Below, in pieces: positions 9,820 to 18,634 of a stretch of DNA of 64,000 nucleotides. The notes below the pieces were generated by a model that saw only the letters and a program-made list of their open reading frames with translations, was not told where the DNA came from and did not search any database. The position numbers and the translations under genes are program-made. Positions within the stretch are counted from its first letter, which is position 1. Every line of letters begins with the position of its first letter. Source of the DNA: Deltaproteobacteria bacterium (lineage in GTDB: Bacteria; Myxococcota_A; UBA9160; UBA6930); the NCBI GenBank assembly GCA_029261775.1, contig JAJDAR010000082.1, positions 20,215 through 84,214 on the forward strand, written 5' to 3'.

Positions 9820-9924
9820 GGCGAGCTAGGATAGCTGGCCCGTCACTTCCGATCCCCAGGGGGCACCCACCGAGACGGGATCGCGACGGCTCGACTCGAG
9901 GGGTGTCGCTTGGGACTGGAGCGC

Positions 9925-11277
9925 ATGGTTCGGCGAGGATCGAAAGCACGGCTGGCCTTTTCCATCGGTCTCGTGGCGACCGGACTCCTGGGTCTGGGCT
10001 CGGCCGCGGGGTGCGGTGGAACTCGGCGGCCGGACGTCGTGTTGATCGTCATGGACACCACGCGAGCGGACCGGCTCGGCGTGTATGGGCACGATCGGGA
10101 CACCACGCCTCGGCTCGACGCGTTCGCCCGGGAGAGCGAGGTCTACGAACGCGCCTGGTCCACCTCACCGTGGACCCTTCCCTCGCACGCGTCCTTGCTG
10201 ACAGGACGCTACGTGAGCGCCCACGGCGCCCACATGAAGGAGGGCCTGGCCTTCGATTCGCTGGGAGAGAACCCGGCCCACCTGGCCTCGAGTGCAGTGA
10301 CCCTGGCCGAGATCCTACGGGACGAGGGCTATGCGACGGCCGCATTCGCGGGTGCGGGATGGCTGGCACCCGAGTTCGGGTTGCTCCAGGGCTATCAGGT
10401 CCAGGACGCCGAGAACCTGCGAACGATCCCGGCGGCAGAGATCACGGCGCGGGCCAAGGCATGGATCGAGACGATCCCGGCCGACGAGCCGCTGCATCTC
10501 CTCGTGAACTACTTCGATGCTCACGACCCGTATCGCCCGCTCCCCGAGTTCGACCTCTGGTCCGAGGAGCTGCCCGTCTCGGAGGACCCTGCCGCCGACG
10601 ACGAGGCGAAAACCGCCGCCGACAAGGTGGAGCGGACCTTGGCACTCTACGACGGAGAGATCCGCGGGATGGACCACCAGATCGGTGAGCTGCTCGACCA
10701 CCTCGAGATCACCCGCGGGCTGGACGACACCCTGGTCGTGATCACCGCCGATCACGGCGAGGCGTTCGGCGAGAAGGGCGCGGTCGGTCACGCGATGTGG
10801 CTCTACGAACCCCTCATCCGCATTCCGATGATCGTGCGAAGGCCCGGCGGCGAACCCGCGCGGCACCTCGATCCGATCTCCCTCGTCGACGTCTTGGCCA
10901 TCGTCGCGGAAGCGACGGGAATCGAGCTTCCAGCCGGCGTGGACAGCCGGCCTCCGGGGACCCGGGAGCTTCTGTTCGCCGAGGAGCACGCGTCTCCGCT
11001 GTTCCGGAAGCTCTGGAAGCTCGATCGCGATGTCGATGCAGCCGTCGCCTGGCCATACAAAATCATCGCGAATCGGCCCGGCAAGACGGAGCTCTACCGG
11101 CTCGACCATGACCCTTCCGAGACTCACGATCTCGCCGATGGAGAGCGCGAGAAGGGACTGCTCGAGCAGCTCGATCGCTCCCTGGCCGATCTGGAGCCCC
11201 TGCCCGAGGACGAGCGGGCGCCGGAGGTCCGCCCCGAGATCCGGGACCAGCTCCGGGAGCTGGGCTACGTCGAGTGA
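9925..11277 (+). CDS. sulfatase-fold (alkaline phosphatase superfamily) exported protein, Thr-type nucleophile motif, probable lipoprotein
   Basis: VVLIVMDTTRADRLGVYGH metal-binding N-terminal motif, WTLPSHASLLTG in place of C/S-x-P-x-R, and ITADHGE later. Signal peptide MVRRGSKARLAFSIGLVATGLLGLGSAAGC. The ORF track starts at TTG 9910; I prefer ATG 9925. Confidence 0.75.
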   Translation: MVRRGSKARLAFSIGLVATGLLGLGSAAGCGGTRRPDVVLIVMDTTRADRLGVYGHDRDTTPRLDAFARESEVYERAWSTSPWTLPSHASLLTGRYVSAHGAHMKEGLAFDSLGENPAHLASSAVTLAEILRDEGYATAAFAGAGWLAPEFGLLQGYQVQDAENLRTIPAAEITARAKAWIETIPADEPLHLLVNYFDAHDPYRPLPEFDLWSEELPVSEDPAADDEAKTAADKVERTLALYDGEIRGMDHQIGELLDHLEITRGLDDTLVVITADHGEAFGEKGAVGHAMWLYEPLIRIPMIVRRPGGEPARHLDPISLVDVLAIVAEATGIELPAGVDSRPPGTRELLFAEEHASPLFRKLWKLDRDVDAAVAWPYKIIANRPGKTELYRLDHDPSETHDLADGEREKGLLEQLDRSLADLEPLPEDERAPEVRPEIRDQLRELGYVE

Positions 11278-12149
11278 CGCCGGCAGCAGAGCACGAAAGC
11301 GCCGAGCCGTGCATCCTCTGCGCTGAGCGGACGACTCGCAAGCTCTTCGAGAAGGGTGGGCGCGACTTCCTGCGCTGCGTTTCCTGTGGTCTCGTGCGGG
11401 TGGCGCCGCTCCCCAGCGTCGAAGAGCTGCAAACACACTACGCCGCGTCATACGACGACGGGGCGTACGATGCCTTCTCCCGGGCCGCTTCGATCCGAGG
11501 CGCGATCGCGGACGACCGGCTCCACGCCGTCCTTCGCCATGTGCCGTCCGAAGGAAGGTGGCTCGACGTCGGCTGCTCCTCCGGGGACTTCCTCGACGCC
11601 GCAGACCGTGCGGGGATTCGAGCCGAGGGCATCGACCTCGCTGCCGGCGCCGTCGAACGCGCGCGCGCACGAGGCTTCGTGGCCCGGCAGGCCTCGGTCG
11701 AGAGCTTCGAGCCCGACGCCGCCTTCGACGTCATCACCGCCTTCGACGTGCTCGAGCACAGCCGCCAGCCGCTCGCGATGCTGGGCCGGCTGCGCAGCTG
11801 GCTGCGCCCGGGCGGTCACCTGATCCTCGCCGTGCCAGACGTCGGGAGCATCCTTCCGCGCTTCGTCATGCGGCGGCACTGGTTCTACTACGCCCCGCAG
11901 GAGCACCTCTACTACTTCGACGAGCGCACGCTCGAGCGATCCCTCGGGACGGCGGGCCTCCAGGTCGCTTCGATCCGACCGGCATCCAAGCCGCTCTCCC
12001 TCCGCTACAGCGCGGAGAATCTCCGCGTCTTCAATCCACGCCTCGGAGCGGCGGCCTGTGCCGCGATCCGACTCCTCCCTCGCGGGCTCGGCGAGCGGCT
12101 CTGGCACCTCCGCATCGGTGAACTCTTCGCCGTCGCGAGCCGGCCGTGA
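11274..12149 (+). CDS. class I SAM-dependent methyltransferase with N-terminal Cys4 zinc ribbon
   Basis: 291 aa. CILCA...CVSCG zinc ribbon, WLDVGCSSGDF (motif I) and FDVITAFDVLEHSRQP. The GTG start overlaps the upstream stop as GTGA. Confidence 0.8.
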   Translation: MTPAAEHESAEPCILCAERTTRKLFEKGGRDFLRCVSCGLVRVAPLPSVEELQTHYAASYDDGAYDAFSRAASIRGAIADDRLHAVLRHVPSEGRWLDVGCSSGDFLDAADRAGIRAEGIDLAAGAVERARARGFVARQASVESFEPDAAFDVITAFDVLEHSRQPLAMLGRLRSWLRPGGHLILAVPDVGSILPRFVMRRHWFYYAPQEHLYYFDERTLERSLGTAGLQVASIRPASKPLSLRYSAENLRVFNPRLGAAACAAIRLLPRGLGERLWHLRIGELFAVASRP

Positions 12150-13816
12150 GTCGGATGCCCCGCGGCGACGGCTCGCCTCGATTCGGCGGGCTCGCGTTCC
12201 CGATCGCCGCCGGAGCGATCGTCCTGCTCGGCATCGTGCTGCGCTTCCAGTCCCTTGACGCCGGCCTGCCGCACTGGGGGACTCGCCCCGACGAAGAGCC
12301 GATCCTCCGGCACACCGTCCTTCCCGCGGCGGGCGAGTTCGATCTCGGCTGGTCCGTCTACCCGCCCGCGTTCGTCTACACGTGCTGGGCGTGGGCGGAG
12401 GGGGGCCTGCGAATCGCGCAGGCGACGGGTCGGCTGCCGGCCGGCGACTACCCGGAGGTCTACCGCGGCCATCGGGCGAGCTTCCTGTGGATGGGCCGTG
12501 CGCTGTCGGCCACCTTGGGCAGCCTGGCGGTGCTGGTGATGATCCTGCTGTGCCACCGCCGCTTCGGCACGGGCCCGGCTCTGCTCGCGGGTCTGATGCT
12601 CGCCACGGGCTTCCTGCACGCTCGGGACAGCCACACCGTGAAGCCCGACGTCGCCCTCTCGCTCGCGGTCCTGGTCTCCCTGGGCGCGTCGGCCTGGCTC
12701 TGGGAGCGAACCACTCTCCGCCGCGGACTGGCAGCCGGCGTCTCGGTGGGTGCCGCCATGGCCGTCAAGTACCCCGGCGTCCTCCTCCTTTTTCCCTTCT
12801 ACGCAGCGAGCTGGATGAGAAGCCCGAGTCGCGGGTGGCGGCGCGTCGTGAATGCACCGGCAATCGCGGGTGGCGCCTTGGCAGGCGTGGTCTTCCTGGC
12901 TACGTCGCCCTTTCTGCTCTTCGACGAGGAGATGCTGCGCTATCTCGGACGGGGCTTGACAGTCGTCTTTCCTCAGCTGGGGAGCCCCGACGTGATTCCG
13001 ATCCCCAGCGAGGCGGCGACCGATGCCCCAGGCGCCTTCGACTCCTTCCTGTACCACCTGAAGGTCTCGCTCTGGCACGGTGTCGGGCCGGGGACGACCG
13101 CGTTGCTGCTGCCCGCGGTCGGTCTCGCCCTTTGGCGTCGGAATCCGCTGTCCTTCGTATCCGCGATCCTGCTGGTCGTCTGGCTGCTGGTGATCTCCTC
13201 CTCGGTCCAGCAGTACGCCCGCTACCTGACGCCCGTCGTTCCCGCGATCGTCCTGCTCGTCGCCTGGCTGGTCGGGGAGATCGCGGCCGCTCGTCCGCGA
13301 GCTGGGCGCGGCGTCTTCCTGATCGCTGCGCTCCTCCTCACGGGTCCGTCGCTCCTCGACTCGCTGCGCTTCAACCAGCTCGTGGGCCGAATGGACACGA
13401 GAAACCTCGCTACCGCCTGGCTGGCCGAGGAGCTTCCAAGCGGAAGCCGGGTGGCCATCGCCGGAAAGGTCTTCTGGCCTTGGGGCGAGCCCATGCTCCC
13501 TCCGGGCATGCGGCCCGTGGCCGTTCCGGCCGAAGCCGGTGGCCTGCTCGAGGCGAGCCTCCAAAGTGACGCCGACGTCCTGCTCACACACGACCACGAG
13601 CGCGTCTTCTCGTCCCACATCGACCCTCGCGATGCCTCCCGTCTTCGGGAGGAGCTTCCCCTGCTCGTCGAGTTCGATCCGAGGGTTCCCGATCGGGCGC
13701 CCGGGCTCTACGAGAAGGCGGACGCCTACTACGCGCCCTTCCATGGATTCGACAGCGTGGAGCGCACGGGCCCGATCATCCGGATCTTCGACCTGCGAAG
13801 AGGAGAAACCCATTGA
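12146..13816 (+). CDS. polytopic membrane glycosyltransferase, ArnT/PMT (GT39/GT83)-like GT-C
   Basis: 556 aa with about 10 or more hydrophobic helices in the N-terminal 400 aa. Acidic loop RPDEEP after TM1 and a soluble C-terminal domain. 4-nt overlaps with both neighbours. Confidence 0.65.
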   Translation: MSRMPRGDGSPRFGGLAFPIAAGAIVLLGIVLRFQSLDAGLPHWGTRPDEEPILRHTVLPAAGEFDLGWSVYPPAFVYTCWAWAEGGLRIAQATGRLPAGDYPEVYRGHRASFLWMGRALSATLGSLAVLVMILLCHRRFGTGPALLAGLMLATGFLHARDSHTVKPDVALSLAVLVSLGASAWLWERTTLRRGLAAGVSVGAAMAVKYPGVLLLFPFYAASWMRSPSRGWRRVVNAPAIAGGALAGVVFLATSPFLLFDEEMLRYLGRGLTVVFPQLGSPDVIPIPSEAATDAPGAFDSFLYHLKVSLWHGVGPGTTALLLPAVGLALWRRNPLSFVSAILLVVWLLVISSSVQQYARYLTPVVPAIVLLVAWLVGEIAAARPRAGRGVFLIAALLLTGPSLLDSLRFNQLVGRMDTRNLATAWLAEELPSGSRVAIAGKVFWPWGEPMLPPGMRPVAVPAEAGGLLEASLQSDADVLLTHDHERVFSSHIDPRDASRLREELPLLVEFDPRVPDRAPGLYEKADAYYAPFHGFDSVERTGPIIRIFDLRRGETH

Positions 13817-14880
13817 AGTGCCTGGTCACGGGAAGCGCAGGGGTGCTCGGAGGCTGCCTCGTCTCCCGCCTTCGCGAGCGTGGCGACGAGATCCTCCACG
13901 TCGACCTCGTCGAGCCCCGGGGCGGCGTCCCGCCTGGAGAGGCGTTTTCCCGCGCGGATGTCTCCGCCCCTGGAGCCGTCGCCAAGGCCGCCAAAGATCC
14001 GGACGTCATCTACCACCTGGCAGCAGCGCAGCGCATGAAGCCGCAGTTCGCCTCATGGAGTGAGGAGGAGGTCTACGAGCGCAATCTGGGCGGGGTTCGC
14101 GAGGTACTGGACGTCGCTCGAGGCGGGGGCACGGGCAAAGTGGTCTTCATCTCGAGCTCGGCCATCTACGGCATTCCGCGCGGAGGGCTTTGCGCTGAGG
14201 ACCATCCTCATGAGCCGCTCGGCGCCTATGGGCGCTCGAAGCTCGAGGCCGAGCAGCTCTGCCTCGAGGCCGCCGCCGACGGTGTCGACGTCGTCATGCT
14301 TCGCCCGATGAGTCTCTTCGGACCCCACATGACCGGCGTCTTCGTCATGCTCTTCGAGTGGGTCCGCAGCGGGACCCCGATCTACGTGCTGGGGAACGGG
14401 AGGAACCGCGTCCAGATGGTCAGCGCCTGGGACGTTGCCGACGCCGCGGTTCTCGCCGCCGATCGCGAGGGCCTCTCCGGCCGCGCCTTCAACATCGGCT
14501 CCGATCCCGCGTCCATCCCTTCGGTGATCGATCAGGTGTCCGCGCTGGCCGCCCACGGGTCGTCCACGGCGCCGGTGGTGCCGATTCCAGCCTCGCTGCT
14601 GCGGACGGCAGCACGCAGCCTGAATCTGTTCGGCCTGTCTCCGATCGTCCCCGAGCACTACATCCTCGCGGACCGCGACTTCGTCCTCGACATCCGAGCC
14701 GCCCGACAGGAGCTCGGCTTCGAGCCGCTCTTCGACAATCTGCGCATGACCTGCGAGGCCTACGACTGGTACGTCGAGTCGGGCTCCAGCGTGTGGCAGC
14801 CCGGCCACCCGCTGGTGCGTCTGTTGAATCACCTCTGGCCCTGGCGTTGGATCGCCGCACGGGCCGCGGATCAGGACTGA
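13813..14880 (+). CDS. NAD-dependent sugar epimerase/dehydratase (SDR family)
   Basis: 355 aa. MKCLVTGSAGVLGGCL Rossmann GxxGxxG motif and YGRSKLEAE catalytic YxxxK. Confidence 0.85.
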   Translation: MKCLVTGSAGVLGGCLVSRLRERGDEILHVDLVEPRGGVPPGEAFSRADVSAPGAVAKAAKDPDVIYHLAAAQRMKPQFASWSEEEVYERNLGGVREVLDVARGGGTGKVVFISSSAIYGIPRGGLCAEDHPHEPLGAYGRSKLEAEQLCLEAAADGVDVVMLRPMSLFGPHMTGVFVMLFEWVRSGTPIYVLGNGRNRVQMVSAWDVADAAVLAADREGLSGRAFNIGSDPASIPSVIDQVSALAAHGSSTAPVVPIPASLLRTAARSLNLFGLSPIVPEHYILADRDFVLDIRAARQELGFEPLFDNLRMTCEAYDWYVESGSSVWQPGHPLVRLLNHLWPWRWIAARAADQD

Positions 14881-14889
14881 GGAGGAGTC

Positions 14890-15648
14890 GTGGCGCCGCC
14901 TCGTCCGCCGGACTTCGACGATCGGGTGCAGAGCGCCTACTTCGAGCGCGCCGATGAAGAGCGCTACGCGTGGACGACTGCCGGGCCCGGCTTCGCGGAT
15001 CTCGAAGAGGAGGCTCTACGGCCCGTCGTCGGAGCGCCGCTCCCAGGTCTGGAGATCGGCTGCGGCGAGGGCAACAACCTCGTGCGGCTCGGACGTGGGC
15101 GCGGCTGGACGGGAGTGGACCGCTTCAGCAAGAAGCTCGCGTTCGCCGCCCGCGCCCTGCCGGAGGCGCGGTTCGTTTGCGGGGATGGGTCCAGCCTGCC
15201 CTTCCCTGCCGAGTCCTTCCAGAGCGTTCTCGTTCGCGATCTCCTCCACCATCTCGAGCGACCGCAGGCCGCACTCGCCGAGGCAGTCCGGGTCCTGCGT
15301 CCCGGCGGCCGGCTCTTCGTCCTCGAGCCGAACGCTCGGAACCCGCTGGTGCGCCTCCAGACGCACCTCGTCGCAGCGGAGGCGGGCGCACGGAGATTCC
15401 GGCCCGAGCTGCTGGAGACCTGGATCGCGGAGCTTCCCTTGAGCCAGGTGAGCGTCCGCACCGGCGTTCCCTTCCCCTTGCGCAGGCTCCTCTTCCACTA
15501 CCGGCTCGGCGCGCCGCGTCTCGGCAGCCTGTCCGCACTGGTGTCCTTCCTCCGCCTGGGGGAGCGAGCGATCGGGGCATGGATCGGTCCGAAGCGTTGG
15601 TCCTACGTCGTCGCGACCGGCCGGAAGGCCGGGGGCTCTCCCCCGTGA
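14890..15648 (+). CDS. class I SAM-dependent methyltransferase
   Basis: 252 aa. LEIGCGEGNNL (motif I), FQSVLVRDLLHHL and VLRPGGRLFVLEPN. GTG start preceded by GAGGAGGAG. Confidence 0.8.
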   Translation: MAPPRPPDFDDRVQSAYFERADEERYAWTTAGPGFADLEEEALRPVVGAPLPGLEIGCGEGNNLVRLGRGRGWTGVDRFSKKLAFAARALPEARFVCGDGSSLPFPAESFQSVLVRDLLHHLERPQAALAEAVRVLRPGGRLFVLEPNARNPLVRLQTHLVAAEAGARRFRPELLETWIAELPLSQVSVRTGVPFPLRRLLFHYRLGAPRLGSLSALVSFLRLGERAIGAWIGPKRWSYVVATGRKAGGSPP

Positions 15649-15675
15649 TCCGTCGAACTCGATCGGAGAGGGCCG

Positions 15676-17610
15676 GTGAGTTCTGAGCCCCGCCGGCAGG
15701 GAGGCCTGGTCTACCGCCCGGCGCTGGACGGGCTCCGCGCGATCTCGGTGGGAGCCGTCCTCGCCTATCACCTGGGCTACGACTGGGCACCGGGTGGATT
15801 CATGGGAGTGGACGTCTTCTTCGTCCTCTCCGGGTTCCTGATCACGTCCCTCCTGCTCGGCGAGCGAGAGGCGACCGGGCACATCGACCTCCGGGCCTTC
15901 TGGGGACGACGCGCGCGGCGCCTGCTGCCGGCGATCTTCCTGGTCCTGCTCGCGCTGGCCGCCTCCACCTTGCTGCCGGGAAGCCCGATCGATCTCGCCC
16001 GGTTCCGCGGCGACTCGCTTGCGACCCTGCTCTACGTCCAGAACTGGTGGCTGATCTTCCAGGGAGAGACCTACTTCGATCTCTACGGCTCTCCGTCGCC
16101 CCTGCGACACGCATGGTCGCTGGCGATCGAGGAGCAGTTCTACATCGTCTGGCCGATTCTCGTCGCGGCCATCCTGCGCCGGAAGCTCGGGGGTTCGCGG
16201 CTGCTCGGATGCCTCAGCGTCGTGGCCTGTCTCGCTTCGGCAGCCTGGATGGCTCTCGCCTACGACCCGGTCGACGCCTCTCGCGCCTACTTCGGGACCG
16301 CGACACGCATGCACACCCTGCTCGTCGGAGCCCTCTGCGCCGTATGCCTGCACGGCAGGGACGAGGCTCTGCGCCGCTGGCGCGTACCGCTCGATGCTGC
16401 GGGCGCGTTCGGGCTTGCCGTCTGCGTGGCGGGCTTCGCATGGCTCGGGGACGACGACTCCTTCTTCTACCACGGCGGCTCCCTGCTCTTCGCCCTCGCC
16501 GCGTGTCTCGTGGTCGTAGCCGCCGCGCAGCGCGACCGGATGCCCTTTCAGTCCGTGCTGGCGCTCCGCCCGCTGCGTGCTCTTGGGCGTATCTCCTACG
16601 GGATCTATCTCTGGCACTGGCCCGTGATCGTACTCATGACGCGATCCAGGACCGGGCTCGAGGGCCACGCGCTCGCTTCGCTTCAGGTCGCCTCCACGCT
16701 GGTCCTGTCATGGGCCTCGTACGTCTTGATCGAAAGCCCGGTGCGTCACGGAGTGCTGCGGGCCCGGGTGACCCCGATCCACGGGCTCGGCGCGGCGGCG
16801 GGGCTCCTGGTGATCCTGCTCGTCGCGACCACGGGCCCGAGCGAGGCACCTGCGGACGGGCTGGAACGGGCGGGCGACATGGACTCGGCTCCCGCCGTGG
16901 TCCGGCCCGATGGGCCTCCCATCATCGGCATCGTGGGCGATTCGGTCGCAGGGAGCCTCGCCGAGGGTGTCACCGCGGTTGCGAAGCCGCTCGGCTACCG
17001 CGTCGTGGACTACTCCATCGACGGGTGCGGCTTCGCGGTGCGCTATGCCGTACGCCGCACGGGCGTCCCCTTCAACTGGACGGAGAGCTGCGGGGAGAGG
17101 ATCGACCGCCGGGTGGAGCTGCTGCTGACGCACCGCCCCACGCTGGTTCTATGGTTGAGCAGCTGGGATTTCGCGGACCAGCTGATCGACGGACGTCACG
17201 TGCGGTTCGGAACGCCCGAAGGAGATCGGGTGCTTCTGGAATCGATGGAGGACCTGCTCGGACGGTTTCGCAGCCAGGGGATCCCAGTCGCGATCCTGAT
17301 CCCCGCCGAGCGCGCCGCGAGCGACCGTGCCGAGGCCGCCACGGACCCGGACGGGTATCTTGCGCGCTACCAGGGCCTCCTGCGCCGCTTCGCAGAAGAG
17401 CATCCGGAGGACGTGACCCTCGTGGACCTTGCAGCGCTCATCTGCCCAGAAGGCCCCCCATGCCCGGAGCGCATCGTTGGACGGGTCATCCGACCCGACG
17501 GGGGCCACTTCTCGCCGGAAGGAGGCGCGTGGGTCACCCGACTGCTGCTTCGCCCGCTCTTCTTGAAGGACGCGCTGACTACGCGTCGCCGCGCAAGAAG
17601 TTCCCCATGA
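15676..17610 (+). CDS. OafA/YrhL-type O-acyltransferase (AT3 membrane domain fused to an SGNH domain)
   Basis: 644 aa. RPALDGLRAISVGAVLAYH and GVDVFFVLSGFLIT are AT3 motifs. About 10 TM helices, then a C-terminal domain with IVGDSVAGSL (SGNH block I). Confidence 0.85.
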   Translation: MSSEPRRQGGLVYRPALDGLRAISVGAVLAYHLGYDWAPGGFMGVDVFFVLSGFLITSLLLGEREATGHIDLRAFWGRRARRLLPAIFLVLLALAASTLLPGSPIDLARFRGDSLATLLYVQNWWLIFQGETYFDLYGSPSPLRHAWSLAIEEQFYIVWPILVAAILRRKLGGSRLLGCLSVVACLASAAWMALAYDPVDASRAYFGTATRMHTLLVGALCAVCLHGRDEALRRWRVPLDAAGAFGLAVCVAGFAWLGDDDSFFYHGGSLLFALAACLVVVAAAQRDRMPFQSVLALRPLRALGRISYGIYLWHWPVIVLMTRSRTGLEGHALASLQVASTLVLSWASYVLIESPVRHGVLRARVTPIHGLGAAAGLLVILLVATTGPSEAPADGLERAGDMDSAPAVVRPDGPPIIGIVGDSVAGSLAEGVTAVAKPLGYRVVDYSIDGCGFAVRYAVRRTGVPFNWTESCGERIDRRVELLLTHRPTLVLWLSSWDFADQLIDGRHVRFGTPEGDRVLLESMEDLLGRFRSQGIPVAILIPAERAASDRAEAATDPDGYLARYQGLLRRFAEEHPEDVTLVDLAALICPEGPPCPERIVGRVIRPDGGHFSPEGGAWVTRLLLRPLFLKDALTTRRRARSSP

Positions 17611-18634
17611 TGCTCGGATAGGCCTCGCAGGGGGTCCAGCACTGCGGGCACTTGTAGTCCCAGATCTCCGCCTGCACGTCTCGGGCCTCGTCCGAGGCCC
17701 AGATGCGCGCGAGGTCGTAGTCGGACTCGCGCAGGCTCCCGATCTTCCGGTCGTAGACGGTGCAGGGGAACACGTGACCCCAGGAGTCGATGAAGCAGGA
17801 CGACCGCAGCGCGTGACATCGCATCGGCGTGCGGCCGCTCTCCAGGTACGACCGGACTCGGGTCAGATAGGCCCGCTCCAGGTAGTTGACAGGAGACCAG
17901 CCGAAGCCCCGAAGCCGCGCATAGGATTCCGTGGCCTCCGCGAGCGCGGCGGGGGAGACCTCCTTGCGCAGGCCCAGCTCCTGGTTGCCGAGGTAGTGCT
18001 CACCCTCGGTCACGATGTTGACGTGGAACTCGGTGTACTCGAGTCCGGGGATTTCCTGCTTCGCGGCCGCGAAGGCGGCCGGGAAGTGGTTCACGTTGTC
18101 CGCGGAGAGGGTCATCCCCAACACCACTTCCACTCCCGGCATCTCGCGAAGCCGGCGGAAGGTCTCGATCTGTCGGCGATAGCCGCCTTCGATGCCGCGG
18201 ATGGCGTCGTTGGTCGCCTCGTCCCCGTCGCAGCTGATGGTCACCATCAGCTTCTCCGGCGCCATCGCCGCGATGTCCTTGGTGTAGGCGACGACCTGGT
18301 CCGTCAGGTAGCCGTTCGAAGGAAAGTGGAGCAGCAGGAGGTCCGGACAGCTCGAGATCGCGGCCTCACAGATGGAGGGAAAGTCCTTGCGCAGCGAGAC
18401 CTCTCCACCCGTGAGATCGATCCAGCTGAAACGATTCGACTTCCGGAAGAACTCACGGATCTCGTCGAGGCTGAGCTCGTCCCGAGGCGTCATCTTCCAG
18501 ATGTTGCAGGTCTTGCACTTGTAGTTGCACCAGTAGGTGATGCAGAAGGTCAGCTTGAAAGGAAACGAGGGCCGCCCCAGATTGGCCGCCGCCGCTCGCT
18601 GCGCGAGCTTTGCGTAGCTGCGAAGTCGGGTCAC
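17579..18634 (-). CDS. radical SAM enzyme with C-terminal SPASM/twitch-like Cys cluster
   Basis: 351 aa. CNYKCKTC (CxxxCxxC), LTGGEVSL, and a C-terminal cluster CHALRSSC...C...CPQCWTPC. The GTG start overlaps the upstream GT9 stop as GTGA. Confidence 0.85.
   Translation of the reverse strand: MTRLRSYAKLAQRAAAANLGRPSFPFKLTFCITYWCNYKCKTCNIWKMTPRDELSLDEIREFFRKSNRFSWIDLTGGEVSLRKDFPSICEAAISSCPDLLLLHFPSNGYLTDQVVAYTKDIAAMAPEKLMVTISCDGDEATNDAIRGIEGGYRRQIETFRRLREMPGVEVVLGMTLSADNVNHFPAAFAAAKQEIPGLEYTEFHVNIVTEGEHYLGNQELGLRKEVSPAALAEATESYARLRGFGWSPVNYLERAYLTRVRSYLESGRTPMRCHALRSSCFIDSWGHVFPCTVYDRKIGSLRESDYDLARIWASDEARDVQAEIWDYKCPQCWTPCEAYPSIMGNFLRGDA

Noticed and set aside
9925-11277. Calling the two sulfatase-fold proteins (9925-11277, 33786-35918) arylsulfatases
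   Set aside because: The nucleophile motifs read T-L-P-S-H and T-D-A-S-H instead of C/S-x-P-x-R. Only the fold-level call (alkaline phosphatase superfamily) is supported.
12005-13813. 602-aa minus-strand ORF. The same reasoning covers 15016-16668, 21885-24335, 33125-35395, 33552-35150, 35795-38125, 5716-7146 and 27019-28362
   Set aside because: All lie antisense to genes with strong family motifs, and all have Arg/Pro/Gly-rich, stop-free-by-composition translations. I treated them as shadow ORFs.
17579-18634. Radical SAM/SPASM enzyme as an anaerobic sulfatase-maturating enzyme for the two sulfatase genes
   Set aside because: Both sulfatase-fold proteins have Thr and lack the C/S-x-P-x-R formylglycine target motif, so they are not plausible anSME substrates. 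I left the function open.
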